Positions 1 through 10,127 of a stretch of 64,000 nucleotides of DNA are shown piece by piece; positions within the stretch are counted from its first letter, which is position 1, and each line of letters starts with the position of its first letter. This DNA comes from Candidatus Eiseniibacteriota bacterium (GTDB taxonomy: Bacteria > Eisenbacteria > RBG-16-71-46 > CAVPCR01): contig CAVPCR010000005.1 of NCBI GenBank assembly GCA_963702435.1, positions 288,001 to 352,000 of the forward strand, given 5' to 3'. Below the pieces are notes generated by a model. That model was not told where the DNA came from. It did not search any database and saw nothing but the letters and a program-made list of their open reading frames with translations. Both the position numbers and the translations under genes were made by a program.

Positions 1-12
1 CGCGACGAGACT

Positions 13-462
13 GTGACACCCCGCACGCCCGTGCTGGCGGCCGGCGATCTCGCTGCGGTCAAGGCGCATCTCGCCGGCGGCGGCGGCCTCCGCGTCGTCA
101 ACTTCTGGGCGATGTGGTGCCAGCCGTGCGTCACCGAGCTGCCCGAGCTGGTCGCCCTGGACGCTGCGGTCCGCCCGCGCGGCGTCCGGGTGATCGGCGT
201 CTCGTTCGACCTCGCGGTCCCCGGCGATCGCGCCCACATCGAAGCGCGGCTCCGCGACTTTCTGCGCCAGCGAGGTATTTTCTATCAGAACGTGCTCTTC
301 ACCGGCAACATCTCGAGTCTCCTCGACGCGTTCGACCTGCCCGGCTCGATCCCTTACACGATGATCGTCGCCGACGACGGCACGGTCCTCTGGCGGCACG
401 AGGGAACGACCACCCGCGAGCGCATCGAGGCGGAGCTGGCGGGCCTGGAGACATCAAGATGA
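13..462 (+). CDS. TlpA-family thiol:disulfide oxidoreductase (probably 5'-truncated by the window edge)
   Basis: VVNFWAMWCQPC thioredoxin-like CxxC motif and GSIPYT cis-Pro loop; the frame is open back to base 1. Confidence 0.85.
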   Translation: MTPRTPVLAAGDLAAVKAHLAGGGGLRVVNFWAMWCQPCVTELPELVALDAAVRPRGVRVIGVSFDLAVPGDRAHIEARLRDFLRQRGIFYQNVLFTGNISSLLDAFDLPGSIPYTMIVADDGTVLWRHEGTTTRERIEAELAGLETSR

Positions 463-854
463 CGGAGCGGGCGGACGCAGGCGGCACCGGGCGGCCGGAG
501 CCGGGCGCGGAGGACGCGGAGCGCGCGGAGGGCCCCCTCCAACTCGCGACCGACTCGATCCCCTGGCGCCCGTTTCCGGATGCGCCGCTCGTCGAGTACA
601 AGGTGCTCCGGCGGCACCCGACTGCGGGCGGGCTCACGCTCCTCCTCCGCTTCACGCCCGGGGCCGTCTATCACGCCCATCGCCACCCGGGCGGCGAGGA
701 GTACCTGGTACTGACCGGCTCGCTCGAGGATGGCGGGCGCACCTATCACGCCGGCGACTACGTCTACTATCCACCGGGATCGGCGCATCGGCCGGCGAGC
801 CTCGGGGGCGCGACGCTCCTCGTCCTCCTCCCGGCCGCCATCGAGCGCGGGTGA
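459..854 (+). CDS. ChrR-like cupin domain protein
   Basis: ATG at 459 overlaps the upstream TGA (ATGA); cupin motifs HAHRHPGGEEYLVLTG and PPGSAH. Confidence 0.8.
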   Translation: MTERADAGGTGRPEPGAEDAERAEGPLQLATDSIPWRPFPDAPLVEYKVLRRHPTAGGLTLLLRFTPGAVYHAHRHPGGEEYLVLTGSLEDGGRTYHAGDYVYYPPGSAHRPASLGGATLLVLLPAAIERG

Positions 855-927
855 GAGTCGCCGCGTCTATCCATCCGGCTGATTCTGCCGCACCCGCCGA
901 TTCTGCCGAGACCACCGAGGTGCCATC

Positions 928-1764
928 GTGAGCATCCAGCCGTCCGACCGTACGCTCATCCATCGCATCCCGATCGAGAACGTAGAGCTGGTCGTCGAGG
1001 AGCAGCCGGGCGCCGGCGCGCCCGTCGTCCTCCTCCATGGCTTCCCCTTCGACCGCCGCATGTGGCAGGCGCAGCGTTCGGCGCTTGCCACGCACCGGCT
1101 CCTTCTTCCCGATCTCCGTGGCCACGGCGAGAGCGAGGCCTCACCGCCACCCTACTCGATCAAGTCGCTCGCGGAGGACCTGCGCCGCGAGCTGGACCAC
1201 CTGGGGCTCGACCGCATCGCGCTCGGCGGCCTCTCCATGGGCGGTTACGTGGCCCTCGCCTTCGCCGCGCGCTATCCGGAGCGGCTGCACGCCCTCCTCC
1301 TCCTCGACACGCATCCGAAGGCCGACCCGCCCGAGGTCCGGCGCGCCCGCGCCGATCAGGCGGCGCGAGTTCGCAAATCAGGACCGGAAGCCGTGATTGA
1401 CGAACTCATGAACCGCCTCGTCGGTGAGCGCGACGTCGATCCCGAGGTCGTCGCGCTCACCCGCGAGATGATCCTGGGCACGTCGCGCGACGGCATGGTC
1501 GGCGCGCTCGAGGGCATGGCGTCGCGCCCCGATTCGACGCCGGGTCTCGCCGCGATCTCCTGTCCCACCCTGGTCGTCGTCGGCAGCGACGATACGATCG
1601 CGCCGCCGGCGATGGCGCGGGAGATGGCAGCCGCCATCCCGCACGCCGAGCTCGTCGAGATCCCCGGCGCCGGGCACCTCTCACCCCTCGAGCACCCGCC
1701 TCTCGTCAACGCGGGGCTCGTCCGGTTCCTCGCCCGGGCCACGGCCCGGCGCGGGCCCGCGTAG
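928..1764 (+). CDS. alpha/beta-fold hydrolase (PcaD-like)
   Basis: HGFP oxyanion loop, GLSMGG nucleophile elbow, GSDD acid, GAGH histidine. Confidence 0.9.
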   Translation: MSIQPSDRTLIHRIPIENVELVVEEQPGAGAPVVLLHGFPFDRRMWQAQRSALATHRLLLPDLRGHGESEASPPPYSIKSLAEDLRRELDHLGLDRIALGGLSMGGYVALAFAARYPERLHALLLLDTHPKADPPEVRRARADQAARVRKSGPEAVIDELMNRLVGERDVDPEVVALTREMILGTSRDGMVGALEGMASRPDSTPGLAAISCPTLVVVGSDDTIAPPAMAREMAAAIPHAELVEIPGAGHLSPLEHPPLVNAGLVRFLARATARRGPA

Positions 1765-1790
1765 CGCCGGCCGGCAGAGCCCCGGCAGAT

Positions 1791-1920
1791 ATGACACCGG
1801 CCGGCAGGGCCCCGGCGGACATGACCGGCCGCCAGGGCGCCGGCGGACATGACACCGGCCGGCGCACCGCCTCCTGGCATGGCCGGCGGATGGGGCGTAG
1901 GATGCCGGGCATGACCGGCG
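1791..1920 (+). repeat. degenerate short repeats ATGAC(A)CCGGC in the spacer/leader before the CDF gene
   Basis: ATGACACCGGCCGGC at 1791 and 1849; ATGACCGGC at 1821 and 1911. Confidence 0.5.
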
Positions 1921-2861
1921 TGCGATCCGATCCACTCGCGGTTCCGACCGGGCGCCCCGCCCGCCCGCGCAACTCGCCCGACCCCGCGCTCCCGCCCCGC
2001 TCGGATCGCGAGATCACGCGCCTTCTCTCCGTCATCCTCGTGCTCAACGTCGCGGTGGCGGTGGCCAAGCTCATCTACGGCGTCGTGAGCGGGTCGGTCG
2101 CCATCCGCGCCGACGGCATCCACTCGCTCTTCGATGCGAGTTCGAACGTGGTCGGCCTCGTCGCCCTCTGGGTCGCGGCCCGCCCCCCCGATGCCGACCA
2201 TCCCTACGGACACCGGAAGGTCGAGAGCATCGCCGCGCTCCTGATCGGCCTCTCGGTGACGATCGGTCTCATCGAGGTCGCGCGCAGCATGGTGGGCGCG
2301 ATCCGCGGCCACTCCCATCCGCAGATCGACGCGCTCGGCTTCGTGGTCGCCGGCGGCACGCTCCTCGTCAACCTCGCGATCACGGCCTACGAAGGGCGGG
2401 CCGGGAAGCGGCTCCGGAGCGAGATCCTGATCGCCGACTCGCGGCACACTCTGGGGGACGTGTTCGCGACCCTCGGCGTTCTCGCCGGCTTCGTCGGCGT
2501 CAAGCTCGGCTACCCGGCCGCGGACCTGGCGGCGGCGGGCGTCGTCTGCGTCCTCATCGGACACACGGCCTACCAGGTCTTCCGGCAGTCCATCCACTCG
2601 CTGCTCGATCGCGCCGGGCTCGATCCGGCCGAGGTGATCCAGATCGCCACCTCGCACCCGGGCGTGGTCGACTGCCACGCCGTGCGGAGCAGGGCCGCCG
2701 GCGGCCATGTGCTCGTGGACATGCACATCCACGTCGATCCGCTGATGACGGTGGCCGCGGCGCACGACCTCGCGCACGAGGTCGAGGCCACGCTCCGCGC
2801 CCGTTTCCCGAGCGTGACCGACGTCGTCATCCACATCGAGCCGGCCGGCGCCGGCGACTGA
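1911..2861 (+). CDS. cation diffusion facilitator (FieF-like) metal transporter
   Basis: ADGIHSLFD, HPYGH, ADSRH..D and C-terminal DVVIHIEP motifs; start uncertain (1902/1911 more plausible than 1791). Confidence 0.9.
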   Translation: MTGVRSDPLAVPTGRPARPRNSPDPALPPRSDREITRLLSVILVLNVAVAVAKLIYGVVSGSVAIRADGIHSLFDASSNVVGLVALWVAARPPDADHPYGHRKVESIAALLIGLSVTIGLIEVARSMVGAIRGHSHPQIDALGFVVAGGTLLVNLAITAYEGRAGKRLRSEILIADSRHTLGDVFATLGVLAGFVGVKLGYPAADLAAAGVVCVLIGHTAYQVFRQSIHSLLDRAGLDPAEVIQIATSHPGVVDCHAVRSRAAGGHVLVDMHIHVDPLMTVAAAHDLAHEVEATLRARFPSVTDVVIHIEPAGAGD

Positions 2862-2874
2862 AGACTCCCCCGCC

Positions 2875-5800
2875 CTACCGCACGAGCGTCATCGTCCGGA
2901 CCTGCATGAAGTCGCCGGTCTCGAGACGGAGGTAGTAGATGCCCGAGGCGACGGCGTCGCCGGCCTCATTCCGGCCGTCCCAGGCGAGCGAGTGCTCCCC
3001 GGCCTCGACCGGACCGTCGACCAGCGTGCGCACGACGCGCCCGGAGACGCCGTAGATGCGGAGCGACGCGCGACCGCTCTCCGCCACGCTGTAGCGGATG
3101 GACGTCCGCGGGTTGAACGGATTCGGGCGGCACGGCTCGAGCCCGTTCTGACGCAGGACCTCGGGCGAGGCCACGGCTGCGGGGACGCGGATTCCGGTGA
3201 GGAGGAAGTCGTCCACCGCCGCCTCGACCAGCGATCCGGCGCCGTAGTCGGAGGCGACGAAGCGGAACTGCACGGTACTCGTGAGCGGGACCACGCTGTC
3301 GATCACGAAGCTCCGCTCGACCCATGCGTTGGTGCTCGCCGATCGTACTCTCGAGGCTCGTCCAGGTGGTGCCGTCGCTCGTGACCTCCACCGCCCAGGT
3401 ATCCTCGCCCGGCGCGTTGCCGCGGTCGTTCGTGTACCAGACCCAGTAGCGCACGGTGGCCGAGGAATACTCGTCGAGGTCGAAGACCGGCGAGAAGAGC
3501 GTGGTCTTCCCGCCGTCGACGTCGTTGTCGCCCGCGGCGCCGCCCACGGTCCCATTCCCGGTGACGAAGCAGACGACCCCGGGATCGGGCGTGTGATCGT
3601 CCTCCGGCTGCACGACGAGAGTGTTCTGCAAGGTGCCCACCGGATCGGCGCGCAGCCAGATCCCGGTCGTCGCGTCGTCGTCCGGCGCGCCCACCGTCCA
3701 GTCGCCGGCCGCCTCGAACTGGTCCTCCTCGACGACCGTGGTCGGCGCCACCCAGAAGGAGAAGGTCACACCCGGCGCGCCCGGCGGATCGACCGTCGCG
3801 TTCCCCAGGCCGTCGCGCGCGAGCACGTAGTAGGAGACGAGCGTCGTGTAGCGGCTGCCCGGGGATGCTCGCCAGGTAGTCATCGCCGCTCACCGGCGTC
3901 AGCGCGAAGCGCCGTGAACGCGCCGCCGTTCGTCGCGTAGTAGAGGGTCTTCTCGGCGAGACCCGAGTACTCGACGATGCGCACCGGGATCGGATAGGGG
4001 CCGATCTCGTTCGCGGTGTGGGGATGCGTGGTGGTCGTGATCGCCGGGCCGGCGATGTCGACGAGGGTGAAGTCGACCACGGTCGCCTCGCCCTCGACGA
4101 TGACGACGCTCTCGGTCGTGTCCGGGCGGAACCCCGGATGCGCCGCCACCACGTCGTACGTGCCCTGCGGGACGAAGCCCGAGTAGGTGCCGTCGGCGCC
4201 GGTGAAGAAGACCCGCCCGCTCCCGAGCACCGTCACCTGGGTGTTGGGGAGCGGCGCCGCGTTGAAGGAGTTGCGCGCAACGCCGCGCAGAGTCCCCATG
4301 TTGCTGTCGAGCACCGGAACGAAACGGATCGCGCGGCCGGTGGCGATGGGCGCCGCGCCGAGGGGATACCGATCGTAGTAGGTGTAGAGGACGCCGTCGG
4401 TCTGCGTCGGATCCTCGATCCCGACTGTCGCGTAGCCGTCGGTGGCGTCGCTGCTCACCGCGGCGTTGTACTGCATCTGGATGATGCCGTCACCGGTATC
4501 GGTCGGATGGTACGCGGGGTCGTAGAAGATGACCTCGAAGGTCTCGGTGGCGCCGTCGACGAGGTTCCGGAACCGGCTCCACTCGAGAATCCAGCGATGG
4601 TTGGCCGCGTCGTACTTCTGGAAGCAGCGCGACGAGCCAGCCTGCTGATAGAGTTCGTCCCAGAACACGGCGACCATGCCCGCAGGACCGCCGGCGCCCG
4701 GGATGGTCCAGTTGCGGTAGCTCGTGAGGTAGGTCTCGCCGAGCGACACCCAGCCGTTCGAGCAAACGGTCGCGCGGGTGTAGCTCTGCCCGTAGTAGCG
4801 GAAGAGGAACGGCAGGTCGATGATCCGCGACTTGTCCTGCTCGTCGCCGTTGTCGCCGAGCACGATCTCGGTGGCACCGCTCCCGCCGAAAGCCGGATCG
4901 AGCTCGATCCAGTTGTAAGTCGGCGCCTCGGGATACGACGTGTCCGTGTTGTCGAAGGCGTAGTAGCCGTAGCGATCCGGGCCGACCGGGTCGGTCGCCG
5001 CGCGCTGGCCGATGGTGAGCGCGACCGCGGTCGTGTCCACGACCCCGCCCGAGAAGTCGGTCACGAGCAGGAAGTTGGCGAGATAGCCGCCGTAGGTATT
5101 GACTGCCGCGGTGAGCGTGAAGCGGTCGCCCGCGTTGTTGCCGTTGCCGCCGGTCGCGATCGTGCCGAAGGTGCCGTCGGGATCGTCGATCGTGACGAAG
5201 TTGGTGAGCGAGATCAGCGTGCCCGACACGGCCGTGGCCGTCATCGTGCCCTTGTTGTTGAGGACGAGGCTCATCTCGACCGTCTCGCCGGGATCGAGGC
5301 GGCCGTTCACCGCGTTGTAGAGCGTGACGGTGCCGGCGGTGAAGGTGGCGGAGGCCACGGGTAGATCGATCACCGAGTGGTACTGGCCCTGCGCGGTCGT
5401 GACATCGAGACCGAAGCGGATCGAGTGCTGGTGCGGGCAATCGAGATCCACGAGGAAGTCGAAGTCCTCGGTCGTCGCGGCCAGGCCGCCCGGCGGTATG
5501 TTCGGGAAGGTCTCGCTGCCGTCGAGGATCGTGACGTAGGGATCGTCCGAGGTGAGCGCGGCGCTCACCCCGGTCGCGGTCGCCGTGCCCGTGTTCCGGA
5601 CCTGAACGCGGAGGCCGATCGCCTCACCCGGATTCACGATGCCGTCGTTCGAGCCGCTCGCGTCGTCGATCGTCGCCGACACGTACCCGACGTGCACGTT
5701 GGCCGTGCCCACGCTGATCGTGGCCAGATACGGCTGCATGTCGTGCTTGGTCACGGTGAGGAGCATGCTGCCGGATGTCGCCGCGTTGATCGGGAGCTCG

Positions 5801-7704
5801 ACCCGACCCAGCGCGTCGGTCGTGCCCACGGCGTAGGTCTCGGTCCCCTTGGACAGGCAGACGAGCGCGCCGGCGATCGGAAAGCCCTCCTGGAGGACGG
5901 TCACGGCGGCCGAGTTGGCACCGACCGCGAGCGTCGCCGGATGGTTCACCGTGACCGGCGCGGGGAATGCAGTCCACACATCCACCGCCGGATCGCCCAT
6001 GAGATTGGGCCAGTAGGCGTAGATCTCGGCCCACTGCGGCTGCACGGCGTTGTAATTGAGGTAATTCTCGAGCTTGCCGCGGGTGAGAGACGCGCCCATC
6101 GTGTTCAGCCGCTCCTCGATGAGCCCGTGCAGGGTGCCGAAGAAGAGGCAGTTGTTGTAGCGGGTGTGGGTGCCGAGGGTGGCGAGCCCGATGGCGCCGA
6201 TCGCGCCCTTCGGCTGGTCGACGCCGCTGTTGGCGCGCAGGAAACCCTCAGAGAGCGAGGTCCCGCCGGCGAAGGAACCGGTGCCGCAGGTGATGATGGG
6301 GGCGAATGGCATCCGCCACCCGTTGGTGAGCTGGTAGGTGTTGGCGTTCCCCCAGCCGCTCATGCCGACCCAGCCGCGATAAGCGATGATGGCGTCGCCG
6401 CGATTGAAGGCGGTCGCCATCTGGGTCACGAAGGAGCCGCTGAAGACGGTGTCCACCTGCGTGAAGCCGATATCGAGGAGGCGGGTCTTCATCCACTGCA
6501 TGCACTCGATCGTGCTGGGCCCGGAGCTCGCCGGGTCGCCGACCCCGCACGCGCGCGTGAACCAGGTCGGATCCTGGATGTAGGGCTGGCTCTCGTAGTT
6601 CACCGTCTTGTTGACGATGAGAAGCAGCTCGTTGAGCGTGCTGAAGGAGAGCCGGCCGATGTGGAGATCGGCCAGGATGTCGGTGCCGGAGACCGTCGCA
6701 TAGGGATGGTCGCCCTCGCCGCCGTAGCCGCTCAGGGTCTCGTACCAGGTGGGGATATCATAGGGCGCCTGGGCGTCACCGACGAGGACGACGTACTCCG
6801 GCGGCACCGGCCAGGAGTTGAAGGCGGTCTGGATGTAGCTCTTGATCTGGGCTGTGCTCGTTCCGGTCTGCGCCGTGGTGGCGACGACGGCAGGGCTCCC
6901 CTTCCGCTGGCGCCACGCGACGAGGTGCGCGAGACGATTGGTGACGGCCGTGTCGTTGGGGCAGATCGCAAGCCAGGTGCCGGGCGTGACCGTGGCGCCG
7001 AGCGCCTCGGCGCCCGGGTAGTTGACGATGAGGGCCCGGTAGAGCCGGTCGAAGCTCGGCGGGATCGTGCGGTGGCGGATGGCGAGGGCCGCGCCGCCGG
7101 CGATGGCCGCCCCGGCGCCGTCGGTGAACTCGACCGCCACCTCGATCTCGCGCGCGACCGCGAGCTCCTCGGTCGCCACGTCGTAGCGAACGGGGAGGAA
7201 GGTGAGCGCGACCACACGGAGGTCGCGAAAGATCATCGGCTCGCTCACGAGCACATCGACGGTGGGAGCGCCGGCGCCGGCGTACCTGGCCGCATCGAAG
7301 GTGGCTGCGCCGCCGTCGCTGCCCTCGCCGTCGGTGACCGGAGCCAACCGCATGCCGGTCATCGCCTCGCGCGCCACCGGCTCGGCGTGCACGCGAACGC
7401 CGACCCCCTCCGGCACCGCGAGGAAGCGTGTGAAGCTCGGCACCGCGGGCTCTCCGGCATCGCCATGCTGGCCGCCGCCCGGGATCGCGACCGACTTGAA
7501 TGCCCGCCCGGCGATCGTCACGTCCGTGATCTTGAGATCGGGCAAGGTGAAGCGGAGGGTCATGCCGCGGGCGTCCTGGCTTTCGACCTCGACGGTAGGT
7601 GGCAGGGGCGCGGCCTGGTTCGGGGCGGCCTGGAGCGTGGAGGTGAGCGAGAGTGCGGCAGCGAGGCTCAGGACAAGCCCGAAAGGGGCGACGCCACGAC
7701 GCAT
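2875..7704 (-). CDS. secreted C25 (gingipain-family) protein with propeptide, Ig-like and carboxypeptidase-regulatory domains and FlgD-Ig C-terminal domain; broken by three single-base frameshifts as given
   Basis: GGAGGA RBS before ATG 7704; signal peptide; EYVVLVGD, GRLS and ITCGTG C25 motifs; reading continues across +1 shifts at ~3907, ~3851 and ~3340 into the PNPFNP...WDGRN...SGIY CTD. Confidence 0.8.
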
Positions 7705-7892
7705 GGGTCCTCCGGTTGGATCGGCGGAAGGGGTATGGACTTGGGGCGGCCCGGGAACGAGTACTGGCGGCCAATGGATCTGGACGTAGTCTATTATCGC
7801 GCAAGGACTCGATTTGTGCACGGTCTCTCTTCTGGCCGCGGCCTGGGGTGCGGACGAACCCCGACGTGGCCGAGCGTCCCGATGCCGGCTCC

Positions 7893-10112
7893 CTAGTCGA
7901 CGCGGAGCAGCCGCCCGGCTGCGCGATACGTTCCGGCTTCCAGCCGGTACCAGTAGATGCCCGCGGGGACTCGATGCCCCCGGCGATCGCGCCCATCCCA
8001 GAATGCCCGGTGTTCCCCTCGGGATCTCGGCTCGCCGTCCGCGAGGACGCGGACGAGCCGTCCGGAAACGTCGTAGATGCCAAGGCGCACCCGCGCATCG
8101 ATCTGCAGTCGATATGGAATCGCCGTACTGGACGAGAAGGGGTTGGGGTAGCCGGGTCCGGTCCGTGCGACGGACGTCGCCGGCTCGCCGGCGCACAACC
8201 CGGTCAGAGCGCACTGTGGATGCGCAATGAGGAGGCCCAGCGAGCCCTGCGCCACCAGCACCCCGTATTCGGACAGGGCCACTTCCATCCCCTCCGCGCC
8301 GGGGAGGCTGCCCACGATGGATGGTGCGGCCGGATCCTCGAGGTTGACCACCTGGAGGCCGGAGAAGGAGCCGATCACATAGCCGACGTCTCCGGCGATG
8401 GCGACGGCGACGGCGACGGTCCGGCCCGGCAGCGGGATGGTGGCGACCAGAGAGGGCGATCGTGGATCCGCGATGTCCACGACCTGGAGACCGGCTGCAT
8501 CGGCGGCGACATAGGCGTGGTCGCCGGCCACGGCCACATCCAGCGCGTAGCCGGGCGTGTCGAGGCTACCCGCGATGGCGGGCGCCGCGGGGTTCGCAAT
8601 GTCCACCACCTGGAGCCCTGAAGTGCGGTCGGCGACGTAGGCATACGAGCCCTGGATGGCTGCGTTGTAACTGATGTCCGGCGTATCGGCATTGCCGACG
8701 AGCACGGGCGCCGCGGGGACGGAGATATCGATGATCGACAGCCCTTGAAAGCCGTCGGCAACATAGGCGAATCCGCCTGCGGTCACGACGCCGGCCGCCT
8801 GGCCGGGGGTGTCGAGGCTCCCCAGCGTGACCGGAGCCGCCGGATCGGAGACATCGATCGCATCGAGCGTCCCCGCTCCGCCCACGGCGACGTAGGCCAT
8901 GTTGCCGGCGAGAGCCACACCCTGAGCAGGCCCGGGAGTCTCCTTCGCACCAACCAGGTTCGGAAACGTCGGGTCCGTGATGTCAGCGATCTGGAGACCG
9001 GACTGGGAATCGGCAATGTAGGCGTGCACACCGTCCACCGCCACGTCCGCGGCATTGCCCGGCGTGTCGACGCTCCCGACGAGTGGAGGCGAGGCCGGGT
9101 TCGAGATGTCCACGACCAGGAGGCCGCTCCAGTGATCCGTGACGTAGGCGTGATCCCGAGCGAGGGCCAGCCCGCGCGCCCTGCCCATTGCGGCCACGCT
9201 GCCGATCAGCTCCGGCGCCGTCGGGTCCGAGACGTCGAACACGCGGAGACCGGGCGCGGCGGCCGAGTAGTCCGCGACGTAGGCGCGCGTCCCGGCGACG
9301 GCGATGGCGAGCGCTTCGCCGGGAGCGCCGTTAGCCCCGCGAATCACGGGGACGGCCGGGTTCGCAACGTCCACGACGAGGAGCCCGAACCCGCGCCCGG
9401 CCACGTAGGCGAGCGTGCCGGCGACCGCGACATCGATCGCTTCACCCTGCATCACGATGCCGCCCGCCACGATGGGGGCGCTTGGATTCGTGATGTCGAT
9501 GATTCTCAGTCCGGCGAGACCATCCGCGACGTAGGCATACCGGCCGGCGACGGCGACTCCGAACGCGGTCCCCCACGTGCGGACGAATCCCACCTCGGTC
9601 AGGGAGTCCGGATCGCTCACATCCACGACCCTGAGGCCAAAGAAGGCGTCGGCAACGTAGGCGAGCGATCCGGATAGCGCCACGTCGTGCGCCATCGACG
9701 GTGTGGCGAGACGGCCGCGGGTTTCCGGCGCGAAGGGATCGGTGATGTCCACGACGAGGAGCCCGGCACGGAGGTCCGCGAGATAGGCGAACGCTCCGGA
9801 CAGCGCGATGCCGAAGGGGGAGTCCGGCAGCACGAGTCCACCGACGAGGACCGGAGACCCGGGAGTCGAGATGTCAACGGTCAGGAGGTGATACGCGGAG
9901 CCAACGTACGCATAGGGGAACTCGATGGCGATGGAGTAGCCGGCGGCATCGGGGAACTCCCCTTCGGCATGCAGGAAGCTCGCGTAGTCGATGCAGCCCT
10001 GCGCGAGAGCGGGGGCCGACACCGCGGTTGCGAGGAGGAGGATTGCGCCCGCGACGGCGGCGAGACTCTGCGCGGAGAAGGTGCGCGAAGCGTGCATGGC
10101 CTGCTCGTACAT
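7893..10112 (-). CDS. secreted LVIVD-repeat beta-propeller protein with FlgD-Ig CTD
   Basis: about 13 repeats of YAYVAD..GL.VVDISxPxxP; YPNPF...WDGRD...AGIY CTD; signal peptide. Confidence 0.9.
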   Translation of the reverse strand: MYEQAMHASRTFSAQSLAAVAGAILLLATAVSAPALAQGCIDYASFLHAEGEFPDAAGYSIAIEFPYAYVGSAYHLLTVDISTPGSPVLVGGLVLPDSPFGIALSGAFAYLADLRAGLLVVDITDPFAPETRGRLATPSMAHDVALSGSLAYVADAFFGLRVVDVSDPDSLTEVGFVRTWGTAFGVAVAGRYAYVADGLAGLRIIDITNPSAPIVAGGIVMQGEAIDVAVAGTLAYVAGRGFGLLVVDVANPAVPVIRGANGAPGEALAIAVAGTRAYVADYSAAAPGLRVFDVSDPTAPELIGSVAAMGRARGLALARDHAYVTDHWSGLLVVDISNPASPPLVGSVDTPGNAADVAVDGVHAYIADSQSGLQIADITDPTFPNLVGAKETPGPAQGVALAGNMAYVAVGGAGTLDAIDVSDPAAPVTLGSLDTPGQAAGVVTAGGFAYVADGFQGLSIIDISVPAAPVLVGNADTPDISYNAAIQGSYAYVADRTSGLQVVDIANPAAPAIAGSLDTPGYALDVAVAGDHAYVAADAAGLQVVDIADPRSPSLVATIPLPGRTVAVAVAIAGDVGYVIGSFSGLQVVNLEDPAAPSIVGSLPGAEGMEVALSEYGVLVAQGSLGLLIAHPQCALTGLCAGEPATSVARTGPGYPNPFSSSTAIPYRLQIDARVRLGIYDVSGRLVRVLADGEPRSRGEHRAFWDGRDRRGHRVPAGIYWYRLEAGTYRAAGRLLRVD

Positions 10113-10127
10113 GACCTGCTCTCCCGA

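Noticed and set aside
7705..8214. N-terminal extensions in the ORF track (C25, GH at 27182, regulator at 38336, TPR at 25257, Clp at 12628)
   Set aside because: They overlap neighbouring genes, while downstream starts have an RBS, signal peptide or first conserved motif.
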